Both the position numbers and the translations under genes were made by a program. From contig JAQGDQ010000246.1 of assembly GCA_030141605.1 (NCBI GenBank), forward strand, positions 124,001 to 188,000: a stretch of 64,000 nucleotides of DNA. The letters are read 5' to 3'. Positions within the stretch are counted from its first letter, which is position 1, and the number at the start of each line of letters is the position of its first letter. This DNA comes from Tubiluchus corallicola. Its lineage: Eukaryota; Animalia; Priapulida. The notes below the pieces were generated by a model. That model worked only from the letters and a program-made list of their open reading frames with translations, was not told the origin of the DNA and ran no database searches. Below, piece after piece: positions 36,101 through 43,496 of this stretch.

Positions 36101-37219
36101 GGTAAAATATCAGGGTAAAGCGAGAACAAGACTGTTTTGCACAAAAGAGGAAGTAAATTGTTGCCATTATTGTCCGTCCATTATTGCAGGGCTGCACACA
36201 ACGAGATGAGTCTACCGCAACGCAGTTTAAACCGCAGTAATTTTGTTCAAGAATTTAATTAAGTGCTTGCTACTGCCACATCACAAACAGCCCAATTATT
36301 TATACAATAGCAGCTTACAGGTTAAATTATTCAGAATAGTCACACTAAGCAGATACAACCCTTTCCATATGCAGTACATACGAGATTAAGCTATTACTTT
36401 AATTACGATTCATTTCAATTGCGCAACGTTCATCAATTGCGCAAATATTTCAATTACAGAGTACATTTGCGAATTCTACACGTAATAAAAGACACATTGT
36501 TCAAAAACACAAGTAAAACATAACTGCAGAATGCTTAATTAAATTACAAATCATTAGCCGGGTATTAAAAACAAAGTGCAAGGTATAATCTCAAAATATT
36601 ATTAAAGTAAATTGTTGCTAGGTGAATTCATCATTCCCTGATAAAGTGGCAATCTTCAGAGATTTGCCATGCACTGTTTGACATTGGTGAAGTTTTTTTA
36701 CTCTAGCTTAAACTATTTTTAAAGGAAATACACTCCAAGACAGAAACCAAACATTAAAAACTTATTTGATTTTTTTATATGTTTTACTAAATAATTTTAA
36801 CAAATGTTGTAACACAGTAACACTAACTTGACCAGCCATCACCAGCACCAATCCTACTTAACCGTGTATCTTTGTGAAAAACAGTTGGTATAACAATAAA
36901 TATCTAAACATCCATTAAGCAGGACTAAACAATCTGTGCTGCACGTATGTGGTGACGACTTAATTAATTTCACACAGACATAAATAATATGCAGCAAGAA
37001 TATACACCGCGGCGACTAGCAGATATTACAATGTTGAAACATGATTTATTAATTTAGTGCTGGTTAACAGAGAGTTATAACAAAGTCTCAAAAGACAATG
37101 TACAATACGTGTGACTTACTTGTAGCCGGTGGTTGTCGCCTAGGCGGGTTAAAGCCAAATTGTCCCACCGTCAAATTCAGCGTGGACAGGATCACTCCAC
37201 ACACTAACAAGGTCCTCAT
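196..37219 (-). CDS. Secreted multidomain protease-inhibitor-like protein (SP, WAP x3, thyroglobulin-1 x4, antistasin x5, six-Cys module x6, Kunitz x3, lustrin x1, Kazal x7 or more); 27 coding exons, 3' end outside the window
   Basis: 27 exons bounded by AG/GT on the minus strand with matching phases and no junction stops (4480 nt). Each exon carries a recognisable Cys pattern or linker. The link from exon 1 to exon 2 spans a 10-kb intron and rests on phase only. Confidence 0.85.
529..666 (-). CDS. Exon 26: Kazal domain 6 (P1 Leu)
   Basis: CPCSLINDPVCGSDGTTYGNPCALECAQRNNPSLTTAYRGEC; 138 nt, phase 1-1; absent from the ORF track. Confidence 0.95.
957..1541 (-). CDS. Exon 25: four tandem Kazal domains 2-5 (P1 Leu, Leu, Leu, Thr)
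   Basis: Four 48-aa (144-nt) units CxCxxIxDPVCGSDGxTYxNxC; 585 nt, phase 1-1. Confidence 0.96.
1851..1988 (-). CDS. Exon 24: Kazal domain 1 (P1 Phe)
   Basis: CACGFILDPVCGTDGVTYSNPCQLEC...HRGQC; 138 nt, phase 1-1. Confidence 0.95.
3151..3509. mobile_element. hAT-type MITE
   Basis: Perfect 11-bp TIR CAGTGGCAGCT/AGCTGCCACTG; 8-bp TSD atgctaac/atgctatc (7 of 8 match). Confidence 0.8.
3858..4041 (-). CDS. Exon 23: Kunitz domain 3 (P1 Trp)
   Basis: CRLGQATGPCWNRMTRWWYNSDRQRCESFIYGGCFGNSNNFKTERECQQSC; 184 nt, phase 0-1; absent from the ORF track. Confidence 0.95.
4680..4849 (-). CDS. Exon 22: lustrin-type (WR1) cysteine-rich domain
   Basis: PCRLGPPLLD...VYCSSRPDTCPEGYRC...SVCCP; 170 nt, phase 1-0. 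Confidence 0.87.
5519..5695 (-). CDS. Exon 21: WAP domain 3
   Basis: CPDTSFIWFCGGVGQECSSDADCAQTQKCCYDAACHSDVC; 177 nt, phase 1-1. Confidence 0.9.
6078..6168 (-). CDS. Exon 20: six-Cys module 6
   Basis: YLFCEDGSECVSSPVSCQDGEYCQNLASCI; 91 nt, phase 0-1. Confidence 0.85.
6888..7015 (-). CDS. Exon 19: antistasin-like domain 5
   Basis: CPEDPCAGLDCPNGYYYENDADTACTTCGC then LNNVCN; 128 nt, phase 1-0. Confidence 0.88.
7419..7640 (-). CDS. Exon 18: thyroglobulin type-1 domain 4 (6-Cys)
   Basis: CQVQR...PECEDDGSFKQIQCEDNDGVCRCVNKYG...C; 222 nt, phase 1-1; absent from the ORF track. Confidence 0.92.
8801..8980 (-). CDS. Exon 17: WAP domain 2 (alternative in-frame exon start at 8971)
   Basis: KVGECP...CPPQCYNDYMCPGLQKCCNAGPNCRGIC; phase 1-1. 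Confidence 0.92.
9060..9130. repeat. (CA)n microsatellite
   Basis: Read directly from the sequence. Confidence 0.95.
9146..9325 (-). CDS. Exon 16: Kunitz domain 2 (P1 Asn)
   Basis: CWLPVEAGDCNGFDPRWTYNPETRYCERLYYTGCKGNANNFATFMDCLNTC; 180 nt, phase 1-1; absent from the ORF track. Confidence 0.95.
10679..11307. repeat. Dispersed repeat family A, copy 1 (non-autonomous element-like)
   Basis: Colinear with 17971-18515 from ggcatagttaaaacta to ttttgctatgcaagc. Confidence 0.85.
11933..12121 (-). CDS. Exon 15: Kunitz domain 1 (P1 Leu)
   Basis: CLAYMPRWYYN...[26 protein letters not shown]; 189 nt, phase 1-1. Confidence 0.96.
13383..13572 (-). CDS. Exon 14: six-Cys module 5 plus antistasin-like domain 4
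   Basis: MQSCQHSEDC...CVGPPCPPLAYC, then CPPTRCTEPCLFGNVIDENGCRTCDC; 190 nt, phase 0-1. Confidence 0.9.
14409..14618 (-). CDS. Exon 13: six-Cys module 4 plus linker
   Basis: DITCPPGTRCRLKPVLCVKFPCNAEPEC...GGEDGFNCF; 210 nt, phase 0-0. Confidence 0.87.
15907..15959 (-). CDS. Exon 12: linker (V)FQDAPPRPHTVEEATCA; acceptor ambiguous (exon start 15959 or 15951)
   Basis: GTAAGT donor; supplies the first Cys of the next module. Only the 15959 start is directly in frame with exon 11. Confidence 0.65.
16143..16230 (-). CDS. Exon 11: six-Cys module 3
   Basis: GIPCPDNQECGLVDVDCGLSTCPKLAQCG; 88 nt, phase 0-1. Confidence 0.87.
16979..17091 (-). CDS. Exon 10: antistasin-like domain 3
   Basis: CPVPTCLIHCEHGYERDTHGCQTCDC then KKSPCE; 113 nt, phase 1-0. 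Confidence 0.92.
17759..17922. repeat. Dispersed repeat family B (second copy near 29240-29392)
   Basis: Shared blocks attctgcttct..gacaggag.tgctt, tatgtaca.aagtaatg and tcaatgaa.tt.gaacttgt. Confidence 0.75.
17971..18515. repeat. Dispersed repeat family A, copy 2 (internal deletion of roughly 90 bp)
   Basis: Same-orientation match to 10679-11307. Confidence 0.85.
19660..20470. mobile_element. Non-autonomous element with an internal 268-bp tandem duplication (family C; related pieces near 18520-18830 and 29680-29775)
   Basis: 19767-19952 repeats at 20035-20222; the motif ctttcatttg recurs four times here and once near 18633. Confidence 0.65.
20598..20807 (-). CDS. Exon 9: thyroglobulin type-1 domain 3 (4-Cys variant)
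   Basis: CEIEN...YKPQCRPNGDYEPLQIHASSGYKWCVGEDGQELPGTRR...C; 210 nt, phase 1-1. Confidence 0.92.
21215..21311 (-). CDS. Exon 8: six-Cys module 2
   Basis: GVTCPAGEGCILTEVDCGSDFCPKLAKCTKLK; 97 nt, phase 0-1. Confidence 0.87.
21483..21592 (-). CDS. Exon 7: antistasin-like domain 2
   Basis: CSPVGCVNACPHGNKIENGCPSCTC then ERGPCD; 110 nt, phase 1-0. Confidence 0.9.
22884..23084 (-). CDS. Exon 6: thyroglobulin type-1 domain 2 (4-Cys variant)
   Basis: CQIQQ...YRPQCTTSGEFEEIQFHPSTGYSWCVDKNGREKWGTRGRGRPNC; 201 nt, phase 1-1. Confidence 0.92.
23188..23284 (-). CDS. Exon 5: six-Cys module 1 (follistatin-N-like)
   Basis: EIRCPDSLQCVTVEIDCDDEFCPQLAQCQLPT; 97 nt, phase 0-1. Confidence 0.85.
23598..23672. 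repeat. Near-perfect palindrome, 32-bp arms, 11-nt centre
   Basis: gttttgagccatggtcaacaactactgaaaaa (23598-23629) and its exact reverse complement (23641-23672). Confidence 0.95.
23730..23845 (-). CDS. Exon 4: antistasin-like domain 1
   Basis: CEFDAEECPEECDHGYETDTETGCPTCEC then KPSPCE; 116 nt, phase 1-0. Confidence 0.9.
24483..24701 (-). CDS. Exon 3: thyroglobulin type-1 domain 1 (4-Cys variant)
   Basis: CQIHR...YSPQCLPTGEYQKTQFHGSTGYSWCVNEQGYEIPGTR...C; 219 nt, phase 1-1. Confidence 0.92.
24750..25307 (+). mobile_element. Probable Helentron-associated (DINE-1/HINE-like) non-autonomous element
   Basis: Degenerate GACG repeats, then a 3' hairpin aggcccc...gggacct and an A-tract; family assigned by architecture only. 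Confidence 0.4.
26245..26771. mobile_element. hAT-type MITE
   Basis: Exact 8-bp TSD atgaatat (26237-26244 and 26772-26779); imperfect TIR TAGGGATGT/ACACCACTA; subterminal tcggg/cccga repeats. Confidence 0.8.
26861..27013 (-). CDS. Exon 2: WAP domain 1
   Basis: KKGTCP...CPTKSCSLDRDCQGAAKCCGFAECGSVC, 8 Cys; 153 nt, phase 1-1. Confidence 0.92.
28190..28700 (+). mobile_element. Decayed Penelope-like element fragment (RT thumb plus GIY-YIG region)
   Basis: Frameshifted pieces HYLEGVPSCN/GY, LYLPDFQEKL and KNNICHLIR/DHCNLHYVKKANVKLTKR in the order expected for Penelope-like elements; many stops. Confidence 0.45.
31678..32700. repeat. Array of 15-18-nt TTTGGACAC-core units (31678-31978) with inverted GTGTCCAAA units (32654-32698); likely a foldback or MITE remnant
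   Basis: Repeat cores read directly in opposite orientations. Confidence 0.65.
33811..34568. repeat. Inverted repeat, 77-bp arms (33811-33887 and 34492-34568), one mismatch
   Basis: Manual reverse-complement comparison, 76 of 77 identical. Confidence 0.92.
34930..35264 (+). mobile_element. Possible decayed RTE-type LINE 3' fragment
   Basis: YRV*KPVDVPEKQTLSKSD...LSWYG loosely follows the RTE C-terminal pattern Y..PVL.YG.E.WTL.K.D...L.W.GH. Confidence 0.3.
37120..37219 (-). CDS. Inhibitor gene exon 1: signal peptide MRTLLVCGVILSTLNLTVG-QFGFNPPRRQPPAT
   Basis: ATG at 37219, hydrophobic core with a TVG/Q cleavage-like site, GTAAGT donor, phase 1 (100 nt). Confidence 0.8.
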
Positions 37220-37269
37220 CGCCACAGGTCAATATCGAATCGACGCACCACTTTTGGCTTTCACTTCAT

Positions 37270-37372
37270 CGATGACTGCAGATTAAAAAACATAAAACAA
37301 AAAAAGTAATCTATAAAAAGCAAACCGATGTATTTGCCATTAAATGTTCAACACTCCGCCCTGCCTGATAAC
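37270..37372 (-). promoter_or_regulatory. Putative core promoter or 3' splice acceptor upstream of inhibitor exon 1
   Basis: GC box GGGCGGAG (37361-37354), GATA site, T-rich tract ending CTGCAG-TC 56 nt before the ATG. Confidence 0.35.
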
Positions 37373-38380
37373 CGCCGAAAAGGAGTGTGGAGCTTGTAAC
37401 AAAACCTGTTTTCCACTCTGCTGCCCGGTATAAGTGACACAATCAGAGAAGATCCGTGTCTACTTAGAGGGCATGTGCGCAAACTAGCGAGAAGAGAGAA
37501 ATTCGTGAAATTCCTGCTAGGGCATCAATAGCGAGAGAGAGTTCACAACTCGCCCCGAACAATCAAAGTAATTCCGTAGGCTGTTTTGTGTATCACTTCG
37601 GCGAATTTTTCTTCTTTAAATTTGCTGTATAAATTTGAACTGCAAGGAGTTTTACGAAACAAAAACTATGAACGAATTTTGCCAATTTGGCCAGCATTTA
37701 CCAAGTGGTAAACACACGAATTATAATTGCCATGCATGATACATCATCTACTGTGCATACATGTAATTTATAAACAATATGACAATGTTTGCTAATGTGT
37801 GATAGTGTCTATTTATGCGAACTCAAATGCTGCAGTGAGCTCTCAAATGTGGTGCACCATAAGAACCAGCGTAGTCCCGGAAAGGTTTCGGGCTGATGTC
37901 AGTTTAACTCCCTGCCCCAAATATAGTCCAAAATACAACTTTTGGGGATATAATTATATTCGTCCAATGTGTACCATAAGAATCAGTGGCCCTGGAAGGT
38001 TTTAGGATGTCATTTACGTACCATCTCCATGATCTTCCTCTCAATACGGAGAGCAGAATGACAATACAGCGTTGTTGGATTTAGCTAGTATTAATATCAC
38101 GAACTACAAAAGTAACATTTCGCGTGTAAATTTGTTAAAAAGAACATCTAATCACCAATACATGTACAGAATGGAACGTGGTGGAATGAAATTTACAAAA
38201 ATTTTGAAGCAAACAATGAAAAGAAATGCGAAAAAGCTGAGGGTGAATCAAGATTTGAATCACGTTTAGAAGTGACCACTAGACCTCACACAGTCCTTGT
38301 GACCATGGGCTGTCTCAATTCAATTCCAAAATCTTTAATTCGAAAAATTGGTTGATCAAGACGATCAAAATTGGTTGACG

Positions 38381-38486
38381 AGAAAAATCAACTTGGTTAT
38401 TACTGCAGTTTGAGTAAACACTTGGAAACGTGGGATCGTTTCCAAGTGTTTACTCAAACTGCAGTAATAACCAAGTTGATTTTTCT
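38381..38486. repeat. Perfect palindrome, 50-bp arms, 6-nt loop
   Basis: 38381-38430 is the exact reverse complement of 38437-38486; loop tgggat. Confidence 0.97.
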
Positions 38487-39439
38487 AGTAATTAATTTAA
38501 TCATTAGATAATTAATTTATTAATTATAAATGTTAATTTCAAGGTTATTGATTAACGGTGAAATTAACTTACAAATATCATTATTAAAATTCGGAATCCA
38601 AACTTGAATAAAAAGAAAACGTGAAAATCTGAACAAGCAATATCTATAATAATATTATGCACGCGTTGATTCCAAAATAGTTGAATTTTTTTTGCAATTT
38701 TGTTTTTCAAGCAAAAATACCTTCGGTTAACATGTTTAAAAAATGCTAAATGCAGCATATATGAGTTAATTTGCAAAATACCTCAAAAACTAAAACAAAA
38801 TTAATTATAGTCAAGAAGATACAGTGATATAGAAGATGAACCACTTGCACAGCCAACAGCAAAAATGAAGGCCGTAAAGCCATAATTAAAAAATACATAT
38901 CGTTCAGAAGTATTATTTGAAAGTCAATTGCGTTCGCAGTAGGGTGCGTGTCGAAAAAAAATCTTGCAAGCACTCCACAAATTACTACCATACTAGTACC
39001 ACAATATAGTATAGATTAATTATTTTACAATGCTATAATTTTTTTGCATTCTTGTACAGGCACTCTATTGCATTACTATACAGGCTTTCAATCTTATTGT
39101 CTCTAACGGTCAGAGACTCTAACTCAACTAAACTGTGCAAAAAAGCAATAAGCATCAGCCTCGTTTTTCTGTCTATATTATATAATATAAACCTAGATAT
39201 TCTTGTTGACAGACATCAGAAGTATACACTCTTCATTCTATACGTCTGAAGAAATTTCATTAAAATTAAGAAGTTTAATACAGTATAAATAATATATTCT
39301 GACCTTGTAATATGACGATGAACAGAGATTTCCTTGTCTCTTCCAGAATACGTAAAGGCAGTGAACGCCAACCACTTCTTCAGTTACCAGTAGGCACTGG
39401 TATGATTCCAGTGCAGTGGTGAAGACTTTCGCTTTCTGC

Positions 39440-39540
39440 AATTAGATCAACTTCTCACATTGAATCCAGGGTCGCGACGCAAGCTCGCAACAGCCAGATG
39501 TTCCCCACTGGGAACAACTTAACCCACTATCCGGGCTGGA
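39440..39540 (-). mobile_element. Possible tRNA-derived SINE head
   Basis: A-box-like TAGTGGGTTAAG and B-box-like GGATTCAATG on the minus strand; no cloverleaf. Confidence 0.25.
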
Positions 39541-39884
39541 TAAAAGGTGTGTTAAACGAATTTACTGTAATAAAATTTTAGCAGTACATGTATGTATGTG
39601 GGTCATACAGCGACTACACTGACTGCAGAACTACAAAAAGTACAGCGACTATTATTCATTATTACATAGAATATTGTTTAAAACGTTTTCGGGGCCTGAC
39701 TTTTTACAGTTCCGTTATTGTAGCTTAAAACCCTAGATTTGAGAGATGATGTAACGTAGGTAGTAGCGTCGGATCGGACTGCCTGCCATTATTACTTTTG
39801 GTCTTGGAACATGTAAGCACGCAAGCGACGAACCGAACCGGGTTTAGATAATTTTCCCAGAAAAACCATTTCCCATTTCCCATT

Positions 39885-40037
<153 letters not shown>

Positions 40038-41429
40038 GCTGCCTTTAGTTATCTACAGCGCTTTGACTATTGAATATAAAAAATTAAAAATCATTTAAAA
40101 TGACGCTATGATTAAGCGGTCATCATTATTTTTTAATTTTGTTTTGGAAAGATATTTCGTGTTGAAACTTCGTTGCTACAATTTCAAGTTTCCTTAGGAT
40201 GAAACTGCTTTCTGAAAGTAATTTACATTGTATCATTTGCTGCATATAATCACTTCACATTCAGTTGATTTTCATAAGATTTGAAATAAAGTTCAATAAT
40301 ATAATAATTACAAAAAATGAAAACACCAAAGTTTTGCGAACCACACAGACTTGTTAATATCTTGGGTGCAATATCTGCACATAAATTATGCTCATTCGAA
40401 AGATTTTTTGCTGTTTTTATGACAGGACAAGATTCTAGTTAATTATCAAGATAATTCTCTGAGATGTATTACTGAACTGGCAGAAATATCAGTCCATCTT
40501 CTCCAAACACCAAGAAATAATTGGGTTTACAGTAAAAAGTAACTGGTCAAGAGTGGCATTCCCAAGCAATCTCCAAACAAATAATTTGCCAGGCTTGGCA
40601 CTGCTTTTGGTTAAAATTAACTACTTTTTGTTGCGCATTATCTAAAAGAACTTATTGCATTTTCTGTGAATTTTATTTTCTATGAAATGAAGGTTCTGAG
40701 AAAAAATTCTAGGAAACGGCAATGCTGGGAAATATTTTTTCTGGGAAGGAAATTTTGCAGCAAAAAAGTTTTCCGTGAAATTTTTTTGTTGGGCAAAAAA
40801 AATCTGGCAAAAAAACTTTTGGGAAACGGAGTCTACCACAGCCTAAGTATATTCATCGAGTCCTACGCACCTACACATGCTTACCGATAAGTGAGTGACT
40901 GCACTAAAAACGTTTGCGAACAAAAAACTTCAGATTGTCCTGTATGTTCGAAGAACATCAGACTGTCCAAGCTCAAACTTTCAGTTTAACCACTCGCACT
41001 TTTTGCAATTCCATAAAAAAGCAATGTGAGAAATCCCTCGCCTTAAAATGTTTATACTGTGTGATCGTTAGCATGAAGTCACCATTCAGAGAAGTGAGTG
41101 CAAGACTGGTTTTACTGTTTGGGCCTTAAAATTTAACTTTTAAATTGTGTTACAATGTTTAACAACACTCACAGCTTATTATTTTCTATACAGTTTGTCA
41201 CCCTGCAACACAGTGGAAGGCTACCTAGTGTGAGTTTGTGAATCTTTCTGCAGGACTGGAATCTAGCTCTTTACTAAGGCTAAACCTTTAAACGCAAACA
41301 TCGAACTGACAAAAGTACCAGTCTTTGCCAAGTTTGGATATGAATACATTTTATCTCGGTGTAAATAGTAATTTACTCGTTAATTAATTATAATGGTAAT
41401 ATAGTCATAATCAGTATGATAAATGAAAC

Positions 41430-41495
41430 TACTCAGAACAAGTATTGAACTCGATGGTCACCCATCTGGCTAAACAGAGCAGCCTCGACATTCAA
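41430..41495 (-). pseudogene. 5S rRNA-like fragment (C-box region)
   Basis: GATGGGTGACC...AATAC...GTAG on the minus strand. Confidence 0.35.
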
Positions 41496-42233
41496 CGATA
41501 AAGTTTTTTCATGTAGATATTGGTTTTCATATTGTTTTGGGTTCTACCGTTTATTATGCAGGTTTTCTCATAATTATAGTCAAGATTTACAAAATAATAG
41601 AGACAAGAGTTTTACTTTGTCATTGAGATAACGATTATTCAATTGTTATTAGTTCAGAATCAAAATACTTGGCAAAACTCACAAAGTAACTTATGCCTTA
41701 CAGCGATACAATTCGAATCTACTGATAATTTAGATGATATGTGCAATATTTAGGTAAAATTTGTACACGAATACATGTTTCTCGTTCAGGTAAAGCGAGA
41801 AACATGTTTCCTTGGAGACTTCGATTTTATTTCATAATTAATTATTATACGCTTCTTTTACTCTCTTAAATTCATCTCTAGATCTTAGCTTTTGCAATCA
41901 AAATATTTTGTGATAATATTTAACATTTAATTTTGCATTTTTACCATTTTTATGCTGGTACAAAAAAGTGATCACTCAAAAATAATCATTATTTCGCTTG
42001 GATTATTGTCACTTACAGCCACCAGTTGACTCATTTTGATGCATTTTTCTTTTGCGTTACGTATTTAGTGGAAACGAACAAAAAGTGTCAGAAGCGCAAA
42101 ACTCTACTTAACTAAAGCAGATTTTATTCTGTTTATGAGTACAACTTAATAAATCTACAACCATACAGAATAATTACATTGTGTCTACGACACTATTTCT
42201 GTATTATGCAATCTTAATTCGATTCTCCCTTGA

Positions 42234-42244
42234 AAGATGGCGCC
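42234..42244 (+). promoter_or_regulatory. YY1-like motif AAGATGGCGCC, possibly near the DAGLA transcription start
   Basis: Motif match only, about 680 bp upstream of the ATG. Confidence 0.25.
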
Positions 42245-42914
42245 AGGGACCTGAACAGCAGTGAAGCCAAATCCGAAACTGGCTTACTCATAATCAACTG
42301 CAAGCCAGCAATTCAACACTCAGCTAGGCTTCATTTTGTTGTATATGTCATGCAGTCCCCGTTTGATGCTGCAACCATTTTAACTATTAGGCAAATACTA
42401 TCAAGCTGTGGTTGCATAGCGTGGTAACCAGAAACTGTTAGCACACTTACTGTAGCTAACGATGTGGTAGTTATAAATTATTAAAAATTACGACCGTGTT
42501 GTCTTAATTAAATTGTGGCGCTGTACGGAATTTGGAAATATTTTAACAAGGTGGCGTGGTTGAAGCAGTTACGAATGAATAAACTACTGAACCTATGTAG
42601 CATCTTTAACCTGTAAATAAAAAATGTGCTTATAGTAGTGTGGAAAACAGACAATGCTGCTTTAATTTTCGTAAAATTTGCTTTTCAATATTTCTGCTTC
42701 ATTGAAGAATTCGTAGAGTGCAAACTGAACTGTGCGCGCTTAAGAAGTTTCAAACAAGCGACAATATTTCACGTCACTTCGGCAGGAAACATAAAGTGTT
42801 TGGCATCCGGCCTAAAGTTCTACAAGCATCCAGCAAGGGTTTTCCTCAATTGCATACCGAAGTGTTAGCGTCACAAACTGTGCATGACATAGGAGAAGGT
42901 CGCGAAAGGCAACG

Positions 42915-43009
42915 ATGCCAGGAATTGTCGTCTTCAAACGCAGGTGGTCAGTGGGGTCTGATGACCTTGTTGTACCAGGTGTTTTTCTTAGTGTGTTACA
43001 CACAATGTG
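42915..43009 (+). CDS. DAGLA: Diacylglycerol lipase alpha, coding exon 1
   Basis: MPGIVVFKRRWSVGSDDLVVPGVFLSVLHTMW closely matches the DAGL-alpha N-terminus as I recall it; 95 nt, GTAAGT donor, phase 2. Confidence 0.96.
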
Positions 43010-43450
43010 GTAAGTATATAAGAAGCACCAGAACAAGTTTTGTGCTCCCTATTCATAGTATGATTGAACACAAAATGAGCTTTCATGACATTAATTAGGT
43101 AATTATAGATAAAGTTCTGTAGCTGGTGATGGATTTTATACAAATGATTGTTATTTTTTAAATAAGTACATCATAATCCTTCGTCAATGTAATATTGTTA
43201 TTGTTATTATGTATGCATATAATTTGATGTATGTTTGTACAAATCAGTCGTATAAAAAATAAATATTAAACAGTTACTATACCTATTTTCTTACTGTTTG
43301 ATGGTAGTTAAAATTCAAAAGTAATTTGAAATACAAATGTTACGTTTTACTGCAGCATTTTTTATTGATACGCATGTTGAACGGTAGGTAGGTGATATTA
43401 TAATTTAGAACTTGTAAGCATCAGTCGGCAGTTTAGCTTAGGAATAACTT

Positions 43451-43496
43451 TCCGATGTAAGCCTAACTGTATCTGATTAGTATCTGGATGGGTGAT
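43451..43496 (+). pseudogene. 5S rRNA-like fragment (internal control region)
   Basis: ccgatgtaagc-N14-ttagtatctggatgggtga keeps the 5S A-box to C-box spacing. Confidence 0.55.

Noticed and set aside
196-37219. Calling the inhibitor gene papilin, WFIKKN or agrin
   Set aside because: No TSP1/ADAMTS-spacer, Ig, NTR, NtA or laminin domains in the assembled exons, and the domain order matches none of them
38072-38269. ORF possibly derived from an RTE LINE C-terminus
   Set aside because: The resemblance (YRME...KIL...KR) is too weak to call without a search
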